Shown here one piece after another: positions 19,866 to 30,677 of a stretch of DNA of 64,000 bases. The translations under genes and the position numbers were made by a program. Each line of letters begins with the position of its first letter. Within the stretch, counting starts at the first letter, position 1. The notes beneath the pieces were generated by a model, which saw only the letters and a program-made list of their open reading frames with translations, was not told the DNA's origin and did not search any database. This DNA comes from Anaerolineales bacterium (lineage in GTDB: Bacteria > Chloroflexota > Anaerolineae > Anaerolineales > UBA11858), in contig JAWODY010000081.1 in assembly GCA_046483045.1 (NCBI GenBank), forward strand, positions 7,502 through 71,501. The letters run 5' to 3'.

Positions 19866-20870
19866 TCACCAATGGATCTTCAGATCCCCCCGGTATAAAA
19901 CAAGAACTTCCGCTTCCAGGTACTGGCGGTTCATAGCCGCTGTCTCCAGATAAGTCATCCACAGCCGATCTATGGACACAGTGGTTTTGACCAGGTAGGC
20001 TTGCCGGAAGCGACTCTCCCGGTCAAAATCCGCGAAGGCTCGTGCTACCTCCTGGCTGAAGGTGCAGGACAGGAATGACCGCCCACGCTGCCGCCATTCC
20101 CCCTCCGTGCTCATCCCCCGGTAAAGGACGACCTCATGGATATCGAGCAATTCGAAATACGCCCGCACGAAGGCCAGGCGGTGGATGAGATATTTCTTAC
20201 GATGAGTTTGCGAAGTCTGGCCCTCAAATGTCCCCTGTATGCGGTGGATTTTGCCGTGGTAGTCTACCAGGCCCATCTCCGCCAGGGTGATAAGCATGCC
20301 CTTGACCAGCTCGCCCGAGAAGGGGTTGAGAACGATATTCTCCGCCGTGCGCCGTTCCAGGTCTTTCAACTCATGTTCCGCCATGTAATGCAGCAGGTCC
20401 TCTGCTAAGGAGGCAGGGCCCTGGCGGGACCCAAAATCAAGTCTCCGACCTTCTCCAAAGAATCGGGAATTGACCTTCAGCCATGATTTAGCGCCCCCTT
20501 TGAGGTAAATAATCGCCCGTTCCGTGACCCTCCTGGTTTCTGGATCGGCCATGATCTCCAAGGGCTGTTGAAAGCCTTCAACCCTTTCCTTCAAAAACTG
20601 CACCTCCTCCGCAGGCAGCCGGCCGCTGTCCTTTTCAAACTGAAATCTCTTCACATCCTCGGCGGGAAGGGTCCAGGTTTTCCCTTCATCCTCAAAATCC
20701 TTGATCCTCCACACGAACACGGCGCTTTTATGATCGCAGCTTTCGATCACCCCCGGCGTGCGCCGGCCGTCCAGCAGCCGGCAGCGGTTTCCCGGGACCA
20801 ACAGCGCCAGATCCCCCGGGATGAAATCGCTGTCCGGAAGCCGGTCAGGGTTTGATTCGTGGATGGGCAT
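19866..20870 (-). CDS. Hypothetical protein with C-terminal R-S-E type ADP-ribosyltransferase domain
   Basis: VVLYRGMS … FLSCTFSQEVARAFA … YLEAEVLV motifs in canonical order; AGGAG RBS. Confidence 0.7.
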   Translation of the reverse strand: MPIHESNPDRLPDSDFIPGDLALLVPGNRCRLLDGRRTPGVIESCDHKSAVFVWRIKDFEDEGKTWTLPAEDVKRFQFEKDSGRLPAEEVQFLKERVEGFQQPLEIMADPETRRVTERAIIYLKGGAKSWLKVNSRFFGEGRRLDFGSRQGPASLAEDLLHYMAEHELKDLERRTAENIVLNPFSGELVKGMLITLAEMGLVDYHGKIHRIQGTFEGQTSQTHRKKYLIHRLAFVRAYFELLDIHEVVLYRGMSTEGEWRQRGRSFLSCTFSQEVARAFADFDRESRFRQAYLVKTTVSIDRLWMTYLETAAMNRQYLEAEVLVLYRGDLKIHW

Positions 20871-21215
20871 AAAAGCACGCTCCTGGTCTTAGGCTGCGGT
20901 TTCTGATCATTATACTTGCTTCTTCCCCTTTATCATCCCCAGGGCAGAGAGGCCTCTTCCTTTCCTCTCACCAAAGTGTCAACCTGACGTCTTCGGCGGA
21001 AGGAGTCTTACTGTGTTGAGCTGCATGTGCTCACCACCTAGCCCAGAAAAACCTCTCATCATACAGTATGGGCAAAGCCGTTCATGTGACATTCGCAGCA
21101 AGGATCCCCCCAGTCACCCTTCAGGATCCGCTCGGGATGACATCGAGGGCTGCTCCCCGCCAGTCCCAACCCGATATTTAAGTTTCCCTGCCACCTGTTC
21201 AAAGCGCTCTTTCTC

Positions 21216-21270
21216 TGTTATACTGTCCACGTTAAGGAACGGACCTCCGGCCCCGGGCGGCCGGTTTTTT
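21216..21270 (+). promoter_or_regulatory. typA extended -10 promoter and leader hairpin with U-tract
   Basis: TGtTATACT at 21216-21224; CCGGCC-N6-GGCCGG-TTTTTT at 21247-21270, 19 nt before the ATG. Confidence 0.55.
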
Positions 21271-21289
21271 ATTACGCCCTCATACACCT

Positions 21290-23155
21290 ATGACAACCAC
21301 ACGCACGGACCTGCGCAACCTGGCTATCATCGCCCATGTCGACCACGGTAAAACCACCCTGGTGGACGGCATGCTGCGCCAGGCCCAGGTCTTTCATGAG
21401 AACAAACAAATCCCCGACCGGGTCATGGACTCCAATGACCTGGAGCGGGAGCGGGGGATCACCATCCTCTCCAAGAATACGGCCATCACCCTCCCCGACC
21501 CGGAGACCGGAGCAGATGTCAAGGTCAATATCGTCGACACGCCCGGCCATGCTGATTTCGGGGGCGAGGTGGAGCGGGTCCTGAACATGGTGGACGGCGT
21601 CCTGCTCCTGGTGGACGCCGCGGAGGGACCGCGGCCCCAGACGAGATTCGTGCTCCAGAAAGCGCTCGAGCTCGGACACCAGGCGGTGGTGGTCATCAAC
21701 AAGCTGGACCGCAAGTACGCCGACGCCTCCAAAGCTCTCAACGAGACCTTTGACCTCTTCATCGAGCTCGGGGCCAACGAGGAGCAGGCTGATTTCCCGG
21801 TCATCTACACGGTGGCCACCGAAGGGCGGGCCAGCACAGACCCGGAGGAAATGGGCCCAGACCTGGCTCCCCTGTTTGAGGCCATCCTGCGCCGTATCCC
21901 GGCCCCAGAGGTTGAGGTGGAAGCACCCCTGCGTATGCTGGTCACCACCCTCGATTACAACGAATACCGGGGCACGACCGTCATCGGGCGCATCTTTTCG
22001 GGGCAGATGGAAATCGAGCAGGAGGTGGTGCGGATCACCGCGGAGAATGAAGTCATCCCCGAGGAGATCACGTTCCTGTACCAGTACCAGGGCCTGGAGC
22101 GGGTGGAAGTGGAACGAGCCAAAGCGGGCGACATCATCGCCGTGGCCGGGCTGGAGGAGGCTGCCATCGGGGACACCATCGCAGATCCCCATCATCCTGC
22201 CGCTATGCCGCGGATTAAAGTCGAAGAGCCCACTGTGCGCATGACCTTCGGGGTCAACACCTCGCCCTTCTTCGGCCAGGAAGGGCGCTGGAAGACCTCA
22301 CGCAAGCTGCGCGAGCGGTTGTTCCGGGAAACAAGAAGCAACCTGGCCCTGCGCGTGAAAGAGACCGAACGCGGCAGCCCGGACGTGCTGCTCGTCTCCG
22401 GGCGCGGCGAGCTGCACCTGGCGGTGCTGATCGAGACCATGCGCCGCGAGGGCTACGAATTTCAAGTTTCCCGCCCTCGGGTGATCACCAAAGAAGGGCC
22501 CGATGAAGGGATCCTGGAGCCTTTTGAAGAGGTCAAGGTGGAAATCGACCCCGACGACATCGGGGTGGTCATGGAGAGCCTGAGCGAGCGCGGCGGCAAG
22601 ATGCAGGACATGCGGGAAACGAGCGTGGGCACCATGCTGCTCACCTTCCTGGCCCCCACGCGGGGCATCCTCGGATACCGGCACCACTTTCTGACCATCA
22701 CCCAGGGTACGGGCACGCTCTATACCAGCTTCCACAGCTACCAGCCCCGGGCAGGATCAATCCAGAAGCGGGACCACGGCGCGCTGGTGGCCTGGGAGAC
22801 AGGGACCGCCACCGCCTTCGGACTCAAAAACGCCGAGGAGCGCGGGATCCTGTTTATCGGGCCCGGCACCGAGGTTTACAAAGGCATGGTAGTGGGGGAA
22901 AACAACCGGCCCCAGGACCTGGAGATCAACGTCTGCAAGACCAAACACCTGACCAATATGCGCGAGAACATCCGCGACATCGACGAGCGCCTGGAGACGC
23001 CGCAGGAGATGAGCCTGGACCAGTACATCGAATTTCTGGGGGATGACGAACTCCTGGAAGTCACGCCGCAGAACCTGCGCGTCCGGAAGCGGATCCTGGA
23101 CCACAAAGCCCGCCAGCGCCAGGACAAGCGCCAGCGGGAAGGGATGGTGCAGTAA
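21290..23155 (+). CDS. typA: Translational GTPase TypA/BipA
   Basis: [51 protein letters not shown]. Confidence 0.98.
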   Translation: MTTTRTDLRNLAIIAHVDHGKTTLVDGMLRQAQVFHENKQIPDRVMDSNDLERERGITILSKNTAITLPDPETGADVKVNIVDTPGHADFGGEVERVLNMVDGVLLLVDAAEGPRPQTRFVLQKALELGHQAVVVINKLDRKYADASKALNETFDLFIELGANEEQADFPVIYTVATEGRASTDPEEMGPDLAPLFEAILRRIPAPEVEVEAPLRMLVTTLDYNEYRGTTVIGRIFSGQMEIEQEVVRITAENEVIPEEITFLYQYQGLERVEVERAKAGDIIAVAGLEEAAIGDTIADPHHPAAMPRIKVEEPTVRMTFGVNTSPFFGQEGRWKTSRKLRERLFRETRSNLALRVKETERGSPDVLLVSGRGELHLAVLIETMRREGYEFQVSRPRVITKEGPDEGILEPFEEVKVEIDPDDIGVVMESLSERGGKMQDMRETSVGTMLLTFLAPTRGILGYRHHFLTITQGTGTLYTSFHSYQPRAGSIQKRDHGALVAWETGTATAFGLKNAEERGILFIGPGTEVYKGMVVGENNRPQDLEINVCKTKHLTNMRENIRDIDERLETPQEMSLDQYIEFLGDDELLEVTPQNLRVRKRILDHKARQRQDKRQREGMVQ

Positions 23156-23509
23156 CGATCATCCCCAGACCCGAATCCTACCTCCCGGCCTGGACGTCGT
23201 GAACCCTTGAAGTTATCAACATGGACTCAACAGTGCGAGGGAAATGATCCCAAAACCCAAGCTGCGGATCCCTGGGTCAGGGACGCCGTATCCCGGCGAA
23301 GAGGCCCCTGCTTCACATCTGGTCCGGATAGGATGCGTATCGAAAAATGTACCGCATTTCCTCACCCTACCTATACTTTCAGCCATCCAATTCTGGTATA
23401 TTGATATTAAGCGACACAGAAACATGACCTGGTAACAAGAGATGGTCAGTCATAACCTGCCTGACTCATCTCATCTGGAGACATTAAGTGATCCCAAAGG
23501 AGAGTTAAA

Positions 23510-23716
23510 ATGGCTGTTGCAAAGGTTATCGAGATTATGGCGGAATCCAGCGAAAATTGGGAGGATGCTGCCCAGCAGGCGCTGAATGAAGCTGCCAAGA
23601 CCGTCGACAACATCCGATCCATTTACATCAAAGACCAGCAGGCAATTGTGGAAGGAAACCAGATTACCAAGTTCCGGGTAAACGCCAAGGTGACGTTTGT
23701 CGTCAAAGACCAGTAA
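23510..23716 (+). CDS. Dodecin family flavin-binding protein
   Basis: MAVAKVIEIMAES..WEDAAQQAL…KTVDNIRSIYI…FRVNAKVTF. Confidence 0.93.
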   Translation: MAVAKVIEIMAESSENWEDAAQQALNEAAKTVDNIRSIYIKDQQAIVEGNQITKFRVNAKVTFVVKDQ

Positions 23717-23748
23717 ACCGCGCCGGGCAGGATGATTACTACCCTCTC

Positions 23749-23777
23749 ACCTCCGGGGATCCTGAATCCCTGGAGGT
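23749..23777 (+). terminator. Stem-loop after dodecin
   Basis: ACCTCCGGGGAT-N5-ATCCCTGGAGGT 12-bp stem (one G-U); weak U-tail. Confidence 0.55.
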
Positions 23778-24013
23778 ATTGCATTTAACAACCCGGGGCA
23801 GCACATCTAATTCTGTGCCTATGGATGGGGCCCGCTAAAAACGCACAGCGGTTGGGCGGCCGGGCCGCCAGGGGGCTGTTAAATCCGGGTGCGCATTCCA
23901 AAAAAGAAGTCATCCTGGGTCCGAAAATCCCCTCCCTTTCAGGAAATATCCCTTACAATAAGGGAACAGTGTGCCTTATTTATTACACAACCTGAAATCG
24001 GAAGGGAGAAACC

Positions 24014-24622
24014 ATGAAAGACGCACTCAACTTCGGGCTGAAATCCTTTTTCGCGGGCTTCCTGGGCTGCCTGGGGGTAATCGTCATGGGGCTGCTGGCC
24101 ACCGCCGTATTCTTATTTGCCTTCAAATCCCAGATCCAGAGCATGCAGACCGAGGTCAGCCAGACCGTGCAGTCCATCCCCGACAAACTCAGCGAGGCCA
24201 TACCGGACATGGGCCCCGGTGGTCCCAGTGCGCCCGACACAGGCGGTCAGGGCCCCGGCGCTGAAGAAGAGGCCTCCAGCCAGCCTTTGGGGGAAGGTCC
24301 GGACCTGTTCATCTTTCTCACGGAAGGGGAGGACCCCAACGCGCAGAAGATCAACACTTTCACGAAGGCCCAGGCCAAGAACGTCTCCATCTGGGTCCAG
24401 TCTCCCCCGGAGACATCCGTCAACTTCCAGCTAGAATTGATCATCCCGGATGGGACCGCGTATCCTTTTGGAGAGAATTATCAAACCGACCCCTCCGGCA
24501 AGCCGGTCATGTGCGGCAAGCTGGATGCCCCGGATCCCCCCACCGGGACGTATATGCTCAAAACCTTCCCTGAAGGCAGCGAGTCCCCCGCCGCTGCCAT
24601 GCAGTTCACGATCACCGAGTAG
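24014..24622 (+). CDS. Hypothetical membrane-anchored protein
   Basis: N-terminal TM, Pro/Gly-rich linker, beta-rich C-terminal domain. Confidence 0.75.
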   Translation: MKDALNFGLKSFFAGFLGCLGVIVMGLLATAVFLFAFKSQIQSMQTEVSQTVQSIPDKLSEAIPDMGPGGPSAPDTGGQGPGAEEEASSQPLGEGPDLFIFLTEGEDPNAQKINTFTKAQAKNVSIWVQSPPETSVNFQLELIIPDGTAYPFGENYQTDPSGKPVMCGKLDAPDPPTGTYMLKTFPEGSESPAAAMQFTITE

Positions 24623-24793
24623 CGGGACTTAATAGAGACCTCGAAGCTTTGGTAAAAAACCCCGTGGTCTTCAGTGGTTATCGCATCACTTCCAAAAACA
24701 GGGATTGCGACCAGCAGGAAGATCATCCTCTCGCCTGACCACATCCGGCACCAACAGTTGTTTCTGGGTCAGGTGCCGTACAACAAACAGAGG

Positions 24794-25024
24794 TTAACCT
24801 TCCAGATCCTTCTTCATCGTCCGGAATTGATCCCGGGTGAGCTCACCCCGCGCGTAGCGCTGATTGAGAATCGACTCAGCGTTCACATCATCATCCTTGT
24901 TGTCCCTGGCGCGGACGGATGAGCCCAGCAAAGAATCCAATCCGGATCCATTTCGAGCCAGGACAGCAACCCCAATCACAACCAACACCACCCAAATCAA
25001 ACCAAATCCCATCATCTTGCACAC
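24794..25024 (-). CDS. SHOCT domain membrane protein
   Basis: TM helix plus AESILNQRYARGELTRDQF. Confidence 0.88.
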   Translation of the reverse strand: MCKMMGFGLIWVVLVVIGVAVLARNGSGLDSLLGSSVRARDNKDDDVNAESILNQRYARGELTRDQFRTMKKDLEG

Positions 25025-25071
25025 TCCTTTTTCTGGATCACAGGCCTGTCTGGACCTGTGATCCTCCTTTT

Positions 25072-25362
25072 CTACCTTAAATCTGCTTTCATTTCCTGAA
25101 ATTCATCCCGGGTGATCTCCCCCCGTGCATAACGCGCATTGAGGATCTCCACCGGGTTCTGGGCGCTTCCGGATTGACGGGTCTGTCTCCCGCCCCCTGA
25201 GGAACTGTTTGACAACCGGCGCACTGCCCAGACGGCCAGCAAAACAAACCCGATGATCAACCCCACCGTAAACATAAGACTAACAACGGGCCCGAAGATC
25301 CCCCATCCGCCCATGCCGCCAAATAATCCTCCACAACAACCCCACATTCCATGTCCTACCAT
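25072..25362 (-). CDS. SHOCT domain membrane protein with His/Met/Cys-rich N-terminus
   Basis: MVGHGMWGCCGG…TM…PVEILNARYARGEITRDEFQEM. Confidence 0.9.
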   Translation of the reverse strand: MVGHGMWGCCGGLFGGMGGWGIFGPVVSLMFTVGLIIGFVLLAVWAVRRLSNSSSGGGRQTRQSGSAQNPVEILNARYARGEITRDEFQEMKADLR

Positions 25363-25418
25363 CTTATACCTCCTGTATCACATCATATACTGATCATGGT
25401 TCTTTGATATCCATGTAC

Positions 25419-25473
25419 AGGATAACGGGAGAGTGTGAAGGCGATTTGAAGCTATATTAAAGACATTGTAAAG
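25419..25473 (-). promoter_or_regulatory. Promoter with four 11-bp-phased T(G/A)AAG repeats (OmpR-family site)
   Basis: Repeats start at 25436, 25447, 25458, 25469 (+); -10 TATCCT (minus) at 25424-25419. Confidence 0.75.
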
Positions 25474-25483
25474 AAGACAGGGC

Positions 25484-26635
25484 TCATTCCGGGGACACAG
25501 GCAAACTGAAGGTGAACGTGCTGCCCTGGCCGCGGCCCCCGCTTTCCACCCAGATTTTTCCCCCATGGGCTTCGACAAGATATTTAGCGATCGTCAGTCC
25601 AATCCCGCTGCCCCCGCTGGCCCGGGCCCGGGACTTATCCACCCGGTAAAAGCGGGTAAAAATATGCGGTTGATGCTCCAAAGGCACACCTTTACCGTCA
25701 TCTCGCACTTCTATATGGATAAGCTGTCCTTTCTGGTGCGCGCTGACTTCCACCTCTCCCCCACTGGGCGTGTACTGCAGCCCGTTTCCTACCAGATTCA
25801 TCAGCACCTGCTCAATGCGCTCAGCATCCACATGGACTTCCGGCAGCCCGGAAGGAATGTCCACCTCCAGCGTCACGCGCTTGTCCTCATACTGCTGGTG
25901 TAGTCGTCCTACAGCCTTGTGGACAAGCTCGCCAACCCCCACAGGCTTCCGGTCCAACGTATAGGCCTCCGCTTCCACCCGGCTGAGCTGCTGCAGGTCC
26001 TCCACCAGGCGCGCCAATCGGTCCGCCTCATGGTAGATTTTTTGATAGGTTTCCGCGGTTTCAGGCAGCACACCGTCCATCAACCCTTCCATCGAGCCCT
26101 TGATGGTGCTCAACGGCGTGCGCAGCTCATGGGTGACGTCCCCAATTAACCGCTGGCGCAGGGCTTCATGTTGAGCCAGCTGTTCCGCCATGCGGTTGAA
26201 GCTAATCGCCAGCTGCGAGAGCTCATCCGCCTGGTCAGGATCTCCGGGCACCTGCACTCGTTCCCTAAAATTGCCTTCCGCAATTCGCTGGCTGGCCTGC
26301 ATCATATCCTGCACCGGTTTGACGACACGGGATGTAACAAAAATACTCAGGAGTACAGCGGCTGAAAAGGCTGCCAGCGCAGCCCGGGTCAAGGCCCGGT
26401 TGAACGCGTCCCGGAAACTGTTGAACAGATTGGCCTCCAGATTGGCCCCCTCTTCAAACATCATCCCCATCATGCCCCGATCCACCATGTGTTCCATGGC
26501 AGCCAAATGCCGGTCAAAGGCGGAGGGGATGACATACTCAGCGGACAGCCGCAGCACCAGTATCCCTGTGAGAATGACAAACAGGTAGGACAGGAATATT
26601 TTCCAACCCAGCCGGCGGCGGATGTAAGCGATCAT
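25484..26635 (-). CDS. HAMP-domain sensor histidine kinase
   Basis: 2 TM, HAMP, HELRTPL H-box, NLVGNG, DDGKG, GGSGIGL; Met/His-rich sensor loop. Confidence 0.96.
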   Translation of the reverse strand: MIAYIRRRLGWKIFLSYLFVILTGILVLRLSAEYVIPSAFDRHLAAMEHMVDRGMMGMMFEEGANLEANLFNSFRDAFNRALTRAALAAFSAAVLLSIFVTSRVVKPVQDMMQASQRIAEGNFRERVQVPGDPDQADELSQLAISFNRMAEQLAQHEALRQRLIGDVTHELRTPLSTIKGSMEGLMDGVLPETAETYQKIYHEADRLARLVEDLQQLSRVEAEAYTLDRKPVGVGELVHKAVGRLHQQYEDKRVTLEVDIPSGLPEVHVDAERIEQVLMNLVGNGLQYTPSGGEVEVSAHQKGQLIHIEVRDDGKGVPLEHQPHIFTRFYRVDKSRARASGGSGIGLTIAKYLVEAHGGKIWVESGGRGQGSTFTFSLPVSPE

Positions 26636-27333
26636 ATCTTGTCCCTTTCCCCTTCAAATCGATAACCAACGCCCCTGACGGTGGCGATGTACTCCTCGCC
26701 AATCTTCTGGCGAATATGCCCGATGTGCACATCTACCACCCGGATTTCTCCGTAGTAGTCGCGGCCCCAGATTTTTTCCAGCAGCTGGTCCCGGCTGAGG
26801 ACCACGCCCCGGTGCTCCGCCAGAGCCAGGAGGAGGTCGAATTCGGTGGCAGTCAAGTCTACCAGCTCACCCCCAACCCACACCTTGCGTCCCTCCTTAT
26901 CAATCCGCAGGCCCTCAAAAACCAGTACACTTCCCCGTCCGGGACCGGATTGCTGGTGAATGCGGCGCAGGGCGGCCTTGATCCTGGCCATCAGTTCCCG
27001 GGGGCTGAAGGGCTTGGTGAGATAATCATCCGCCCCCACGGAAAGCCCAACGATCTTATCCGTTTCCTCTCCCTTCGCTGTGAGCATGATCACATACACA
27101 TCAGATTCCCGGCGCAGCTGCCGCAAGAGCTCGATGCCGTCCATGCCGGGCAGCATGATGTCGAGGACGATCAGGTCTGGATCATAGGATCGGGCCAACT
27201 GCAGGCCACTCGGCCCATCGAGGGCGGTGCGGTACTCGAACCCTTCCTGTTCCAGATACGCCGTGACCAGCTCCAGAATGCTGGGTTCATCATCGACAAC
27301 CAGAATTTTGCCTTTTGACAACTCACTTTCCAT
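26632..27333 (-). CDS. OmpR-family response regulator
   Basis: ILVVDDE, LDIMLPGMDG, KPFSPREL, VDVHIGHIRQK, TVRGVGYRF. Confidence 0.96.
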   Translation of the reverse strand: MESELSKGKILVVDDEPSILELVTAYLEQEGFEYRTALDGPSGLQLARSYDPDLIVLDIMLPGMDGIELLRQLRRESDVYVIMLTAKGEETDKIVGLSVGADDYLTKPFSPRELMARIKAALRRIHQQSGPGRGSVLVFEGLRIDKEGRKVWVGGELVDLTATEFDLLLALAEHRGVVLSRDQLLEKIWGRDYYGEIRVVDVHIGHIRQKIGEEYIATVRGVGYRFEGERDKI

Positions 27334-27584
27334 AGGGAAACTTTCCAGGATAGCATTCCTCACCAGCAGCCACAAAGTTCGGGCTGTTCAAACCCGCTTC
27401 TGGACGTCCTGATGCCTCCTCCTGGATACCAGGGTGGGGCAAGATCATCATCCAGCCTCCAGGGCCGCTTAACTATCTGGGCGCATTTTACCGGATAGTT
27501 GGCTAAGTACGAACCGGGGACATCTCGTCAAGCATAGATAAAACAGTCGCCTACCCTAGACTAAACCGCATAATCAAACCAATC

Positions 27585-28040
27585 TCATTCTTCCCCTGCC
27601 ATGGGGTATCCCGCTTCCTGCCAGGCGTTGAAGCCCCCCTCCAGGTTCCAGACATTGGTGTATCCCAGCTCAACCAGCGTCCGTGAAGCTGTTCTGCTCA
27701 TGCTGCCACTGCGGCAGTAAAGGACAATCCTGGCTTCCTTGTCCTCCGGGAGCCTGTCCAGGTTGTCTTCGATCTCATCGAAAGGAACGGAAAGGTCGGT
27801 GCCGGGGATGTCTCCCTGGAAGGGAATGTGGACGTTGATGAATGTGACATCCTTTTCATCCAGCATGGCCTTCAATTCACCGGGAGAGAGATTGGTATAA
27901 GATCCGCTCCCGACGGACACCATCTCTCCCAGGCCAGCATTGGCACCATCGCCGGTCACAGGGCCACTGCAAGCCCCCAGCAGCAGCGCGCCGATCAGCA
28001 GGGGTGTAACCATCAAAATCACTCGTAAAGGCTTCTTCAC
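27585..28040 (-). CDS. Rhodanese-domain lipoprotein (copy 1)
   Basis: GTG after GGAGG; LGAC lipobox; YCRSGSMS active loop; NLEGGFNAW. Confidence 0.9.
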   Translation of the reverse strand: MKKPLRVILMVTPLLIGALLLGACSGPVTGDGANAGLGEMVSVGSGSYTNLSPGELKAMLDEKDVTFINVHIPFQGDIPGTDLSVPFDEIEDNLDRLPEDKEARIVLYCRSGSMSRTASRTLVELGYTNVWNLEGGFNAWQEAGYPMAGEE

Positions 28041-28106
28041 AACGTACCTCCAACAAATAAATGCAAAACTTAAATTTCCTTCATACACGATGACCTTGCT
28101 ATATCA

Positions 28107-28161
28107 AGCGTACTGCCGCCCTTTGAAGGTGAAATAAAGATACGTTAAAGATTCCGTAAAG
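28107..28161 (-). promoter_or_regulatory. Promoter with four 11-bp-phased T(G/A)AAG repeats (OmpR-family site)
   Basis: Repeats start at 28124, 28135, 28146, 28157 (+); -10 TACGCT (minus) at 28112-28107. Confidence 0.75.
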
Positions 28162-28277
28162 ATAACGGAGTCTCTTTGCTCCAGGTCACTCAGGGCCGCC
28201 ATCGCTCCGTGCAAGGAGGGCATGGTCCAATGCAAACAAATACAGTGGACCCAGGTGCGCACCCCCGCGCTGCCGGG

Positions 28278-30359
28278 TCAGGCGGCTGACAAATCTGCCC
28301 CGCGCAGGAACTGGGCGTTGACAGCCACGATCACCGTGCTCAGCGACATCAACAGGGCGCCCACCGCGGGAGAAAGGATAATCCCCACCGGGGCCAGCAC
28401 GCCAGCAGCCAGCGGAAGGGCGACGATGTTGTAGCCTGCTGCCCACCACAGGTTCTGGATCATCTTCTTGTAGCTGGCCCGGCTCAGCCGGATGATCTTG
28501 ATCACATCCAGCGGGTTGCTCTTGACCAGGATCAAGCCCGCGGATTCAATGGCCACGTCCGTGCCACCGCCGATGGCAATCCCGATATCAGCCCGAGTCA
28601 GCGCCGGGGCGTCATTCACGCCGTCCCCGACCATGGCCACCCGCAATCCTTGCTCCTGCAGCTGGACCACTTTCTGGTCTTTGTCCTCCGGCAGGACCTC
28701 AGCAAAGACCTGGTCGATGTCCAGTTCCCGGGCCACCGCATCAGCCACCTCCTGGCTGTCCCCGGTCAGCATGGCCACCTGAACCCCCAACTCATGCAGT
28801 TTGTCCACCACTGCCCGGCTTTCCGAGCGGATGACATCTGCCACAGCAATGGCCGCCAGGATCTCGTGCTCCTGAATGACATAGATCACCGTCTGGGCCT
28901 TCTCTCCCGCGTTTGCGGTGAACGCCTCCCACTCTTCGGACAGGGATATCTCCAGCATCTCCAGAAGCTGCGGCCCTCCGACATAGGTGGTCACCCCTTC
29001 CACATCAGCCCGCACGCCCCTGCCCTTGATGGCCTCAAACGCGTTGACTTCCGGCAGGGAAAGGTTTCGCTCTTCCCCGGCCTGGCGGACCGCCCGGGCA
29101 ATCAGGTGTTCTGAATCACCTTCCACAGCAGCCGCCAGGGCCAGCACTTTATCATCATCCCATCCTTCTGCCGCTTTGAGATCCACGACTCCGAATTCGC
29201 CCTTGGTGAGCGTGCCGGTCTTGTCGAACATCACCACATCGATATTTCGCGCGTCTTCCAACGCCAGACGGTCGCGTACCAGGATGCCGTTGCTGGCTCC
29301 TTTGGCGGTGGTGATGGCTACCACCAGCGGGACAGCAAGGCCCAGGGCATGGGGGCAGGCGATGACCAACACGGTGGCCACCCGCTTCACGACCTGAACA
29401 TCAAACCCCACACCGATGGTCCAGCCAATCACGGTCAATACCGCGACACCCAGGGCGACGTAAAACAGCCAGCCAGCTGCCTTATCTGCCAGGATCTGGG
29501 TCTCGGATTTGCTTTCCCTGGCCTGTTCCACCAGGCGCATGATCCCCGCCAGGGCAGTCTCATCCCCCACCGCCGTGACCCGCACCCGCAGGCTGCCGTC
29601 GCCGTTGATGGTGCCGCCGATCACCTCATCTCCCGGCTCCTTCTTGACCGGCCGGGATTCCCCGGTGATCATGGATTCGTTCAGGTTCGAGGTCCCCTCC
29701 ACCACCTCCCCATCTGCGGGAACGCCATCGCCGGGGCGGACGAGCAGGCGGTCACCCTCCTCAAGCTCAGCGGCGGGAACGGTTTCTGTTTCGCCGTCGG
29801 GCAGTATGCGCTCTGCGGTGTCCGGCATCAGCTTGGCCAGCTCGTTCAGCGCGCCTGAGGCCTGCCGCACGGACCGCATCTCCATCCAGTGTCCCAGGAG
29901 CATGACGTCGATCAGGGTCACCAGCTCCCAGAAGAACCCCTCCCCCAGCCCGGCCACCTGCGCCAGCACACTGTAAACAAAAGCCACCGAAATGGCCAGG
30001 GAGATCAAGGTCATCATCCCCGGCTTCCGGCTGCGGACCTCGGGCAGGGCCATCTCCAGAAAGGGGAGCCCGCCGTAGCCAAAGATGATCAGCGAGAAGA
30101 TGAAAGGCACCCACTGGCTCCCCGGAAAGGCCGGGGCGCTGAAGCCCAACCAGCTCTGGATCGTGGGGCTATAAAGCAGCACGGGGACTGTCAGCAGCAG
30201 GCTCCACCAGAACCGGGTGCGGAACATCTGCTCATGCCCGGAGTGGTCTGCCCCGTGATCGCCGTGGCCGTTGTGCCCCCCGGAATCCTGGTGACCTTGA
30301 TGCTGATCATCCATCTGCTGTCCCTCATGTCGGTTATTTGCTGCGTGTTGTGTATCCAT
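28278..30359 (-). CDS. copB: Copper-translocating P1B-3 type ATPase
   Basis: His-rich N-terminus, [31 protein letters not shown]…MSLS. Confidence 0.95.
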   Translation of the reverse strand: MDTQHAANNRHEGQQMDDQHQGHQDSGGHNGHGDHGADHSGHEQMFRTRFWWSLLLTVPVLLYSPTIQSWLGFSAPAFPGSQWVPFIFSLIIFGYGGLPFLEMALPEVRSRKPGMMTLISLAISVAFVYSVLAQVAGLGEGFFWELVTLIDVMLLGHWMEMRSVRQASGALNELAKLMPDTAERILPDGETETVPAAELEEGDRLLVRPGDGVPADGEVVEGTSNLNESMITGESRPVKKEPGDEVIGGTINGDGSLRVRVTAVGDETALAGIMRLVEQARESKSETQILADKAAGWLFYVALGVAVLTVIGWTIGVGFDVQVVKRVATVLVIACPHALGLAVPLVVAITTAKGASNGILVRDRLALEDARNIDVVMFDKTGTLTKGEFGVVDLKAAEGWDDDKVLALAAAVEGDSEHLIARAVRQAGEERNLSLPEVNAFEAIKGRGVRADVEGVTTYVGGPQLLEMLEISLSEEWEAFTANAGEKAQTVIYVIQEHEILAAIAVADVIRSESRAVVDKLHELGVQVAMLTGDSQEVADAVARELDIDQVFAEVLPEDKDQKVVQLQEQGLRVAMVGDGVNDAPALTRADIGIAIGGGTDVAIESAGLILVKSNPLDVIKIIRLSRASYKKMIQNLWWAAGYNIVALPLAAGVLAPVGIILSPAVGALLMSLSTVIVAVNAQFLRGADLSAA

Positions 30360-30677
30360 CATCCGTTCTCCTTTGACATTCCTGTCCGCCGATAAAACCC
30401 GTTTTTTGAAATTTTATAGCCAGAAAGAAGTGGTGCTTTCTAAGACAGGTCCTGAACCCGGGAAAGAAAACACCAGAAACTGTAATATTCATTATACCTT
30501 TGGGTTCCCAGCCCTGCTGCAGGCCGAAGTTTGAATGGACGAGGCCAAATGTGACTAGTTGCCCCCGATTCTGAAACGCAAACATCGCGAGAAGGTTGAA
30601 AGCCGCAGTGAGTCTACCCTGAGTAAAGTCGAAGGCAGCGATCTTCTGGAAAACGATCAAACTTTACGAAAATAGGG

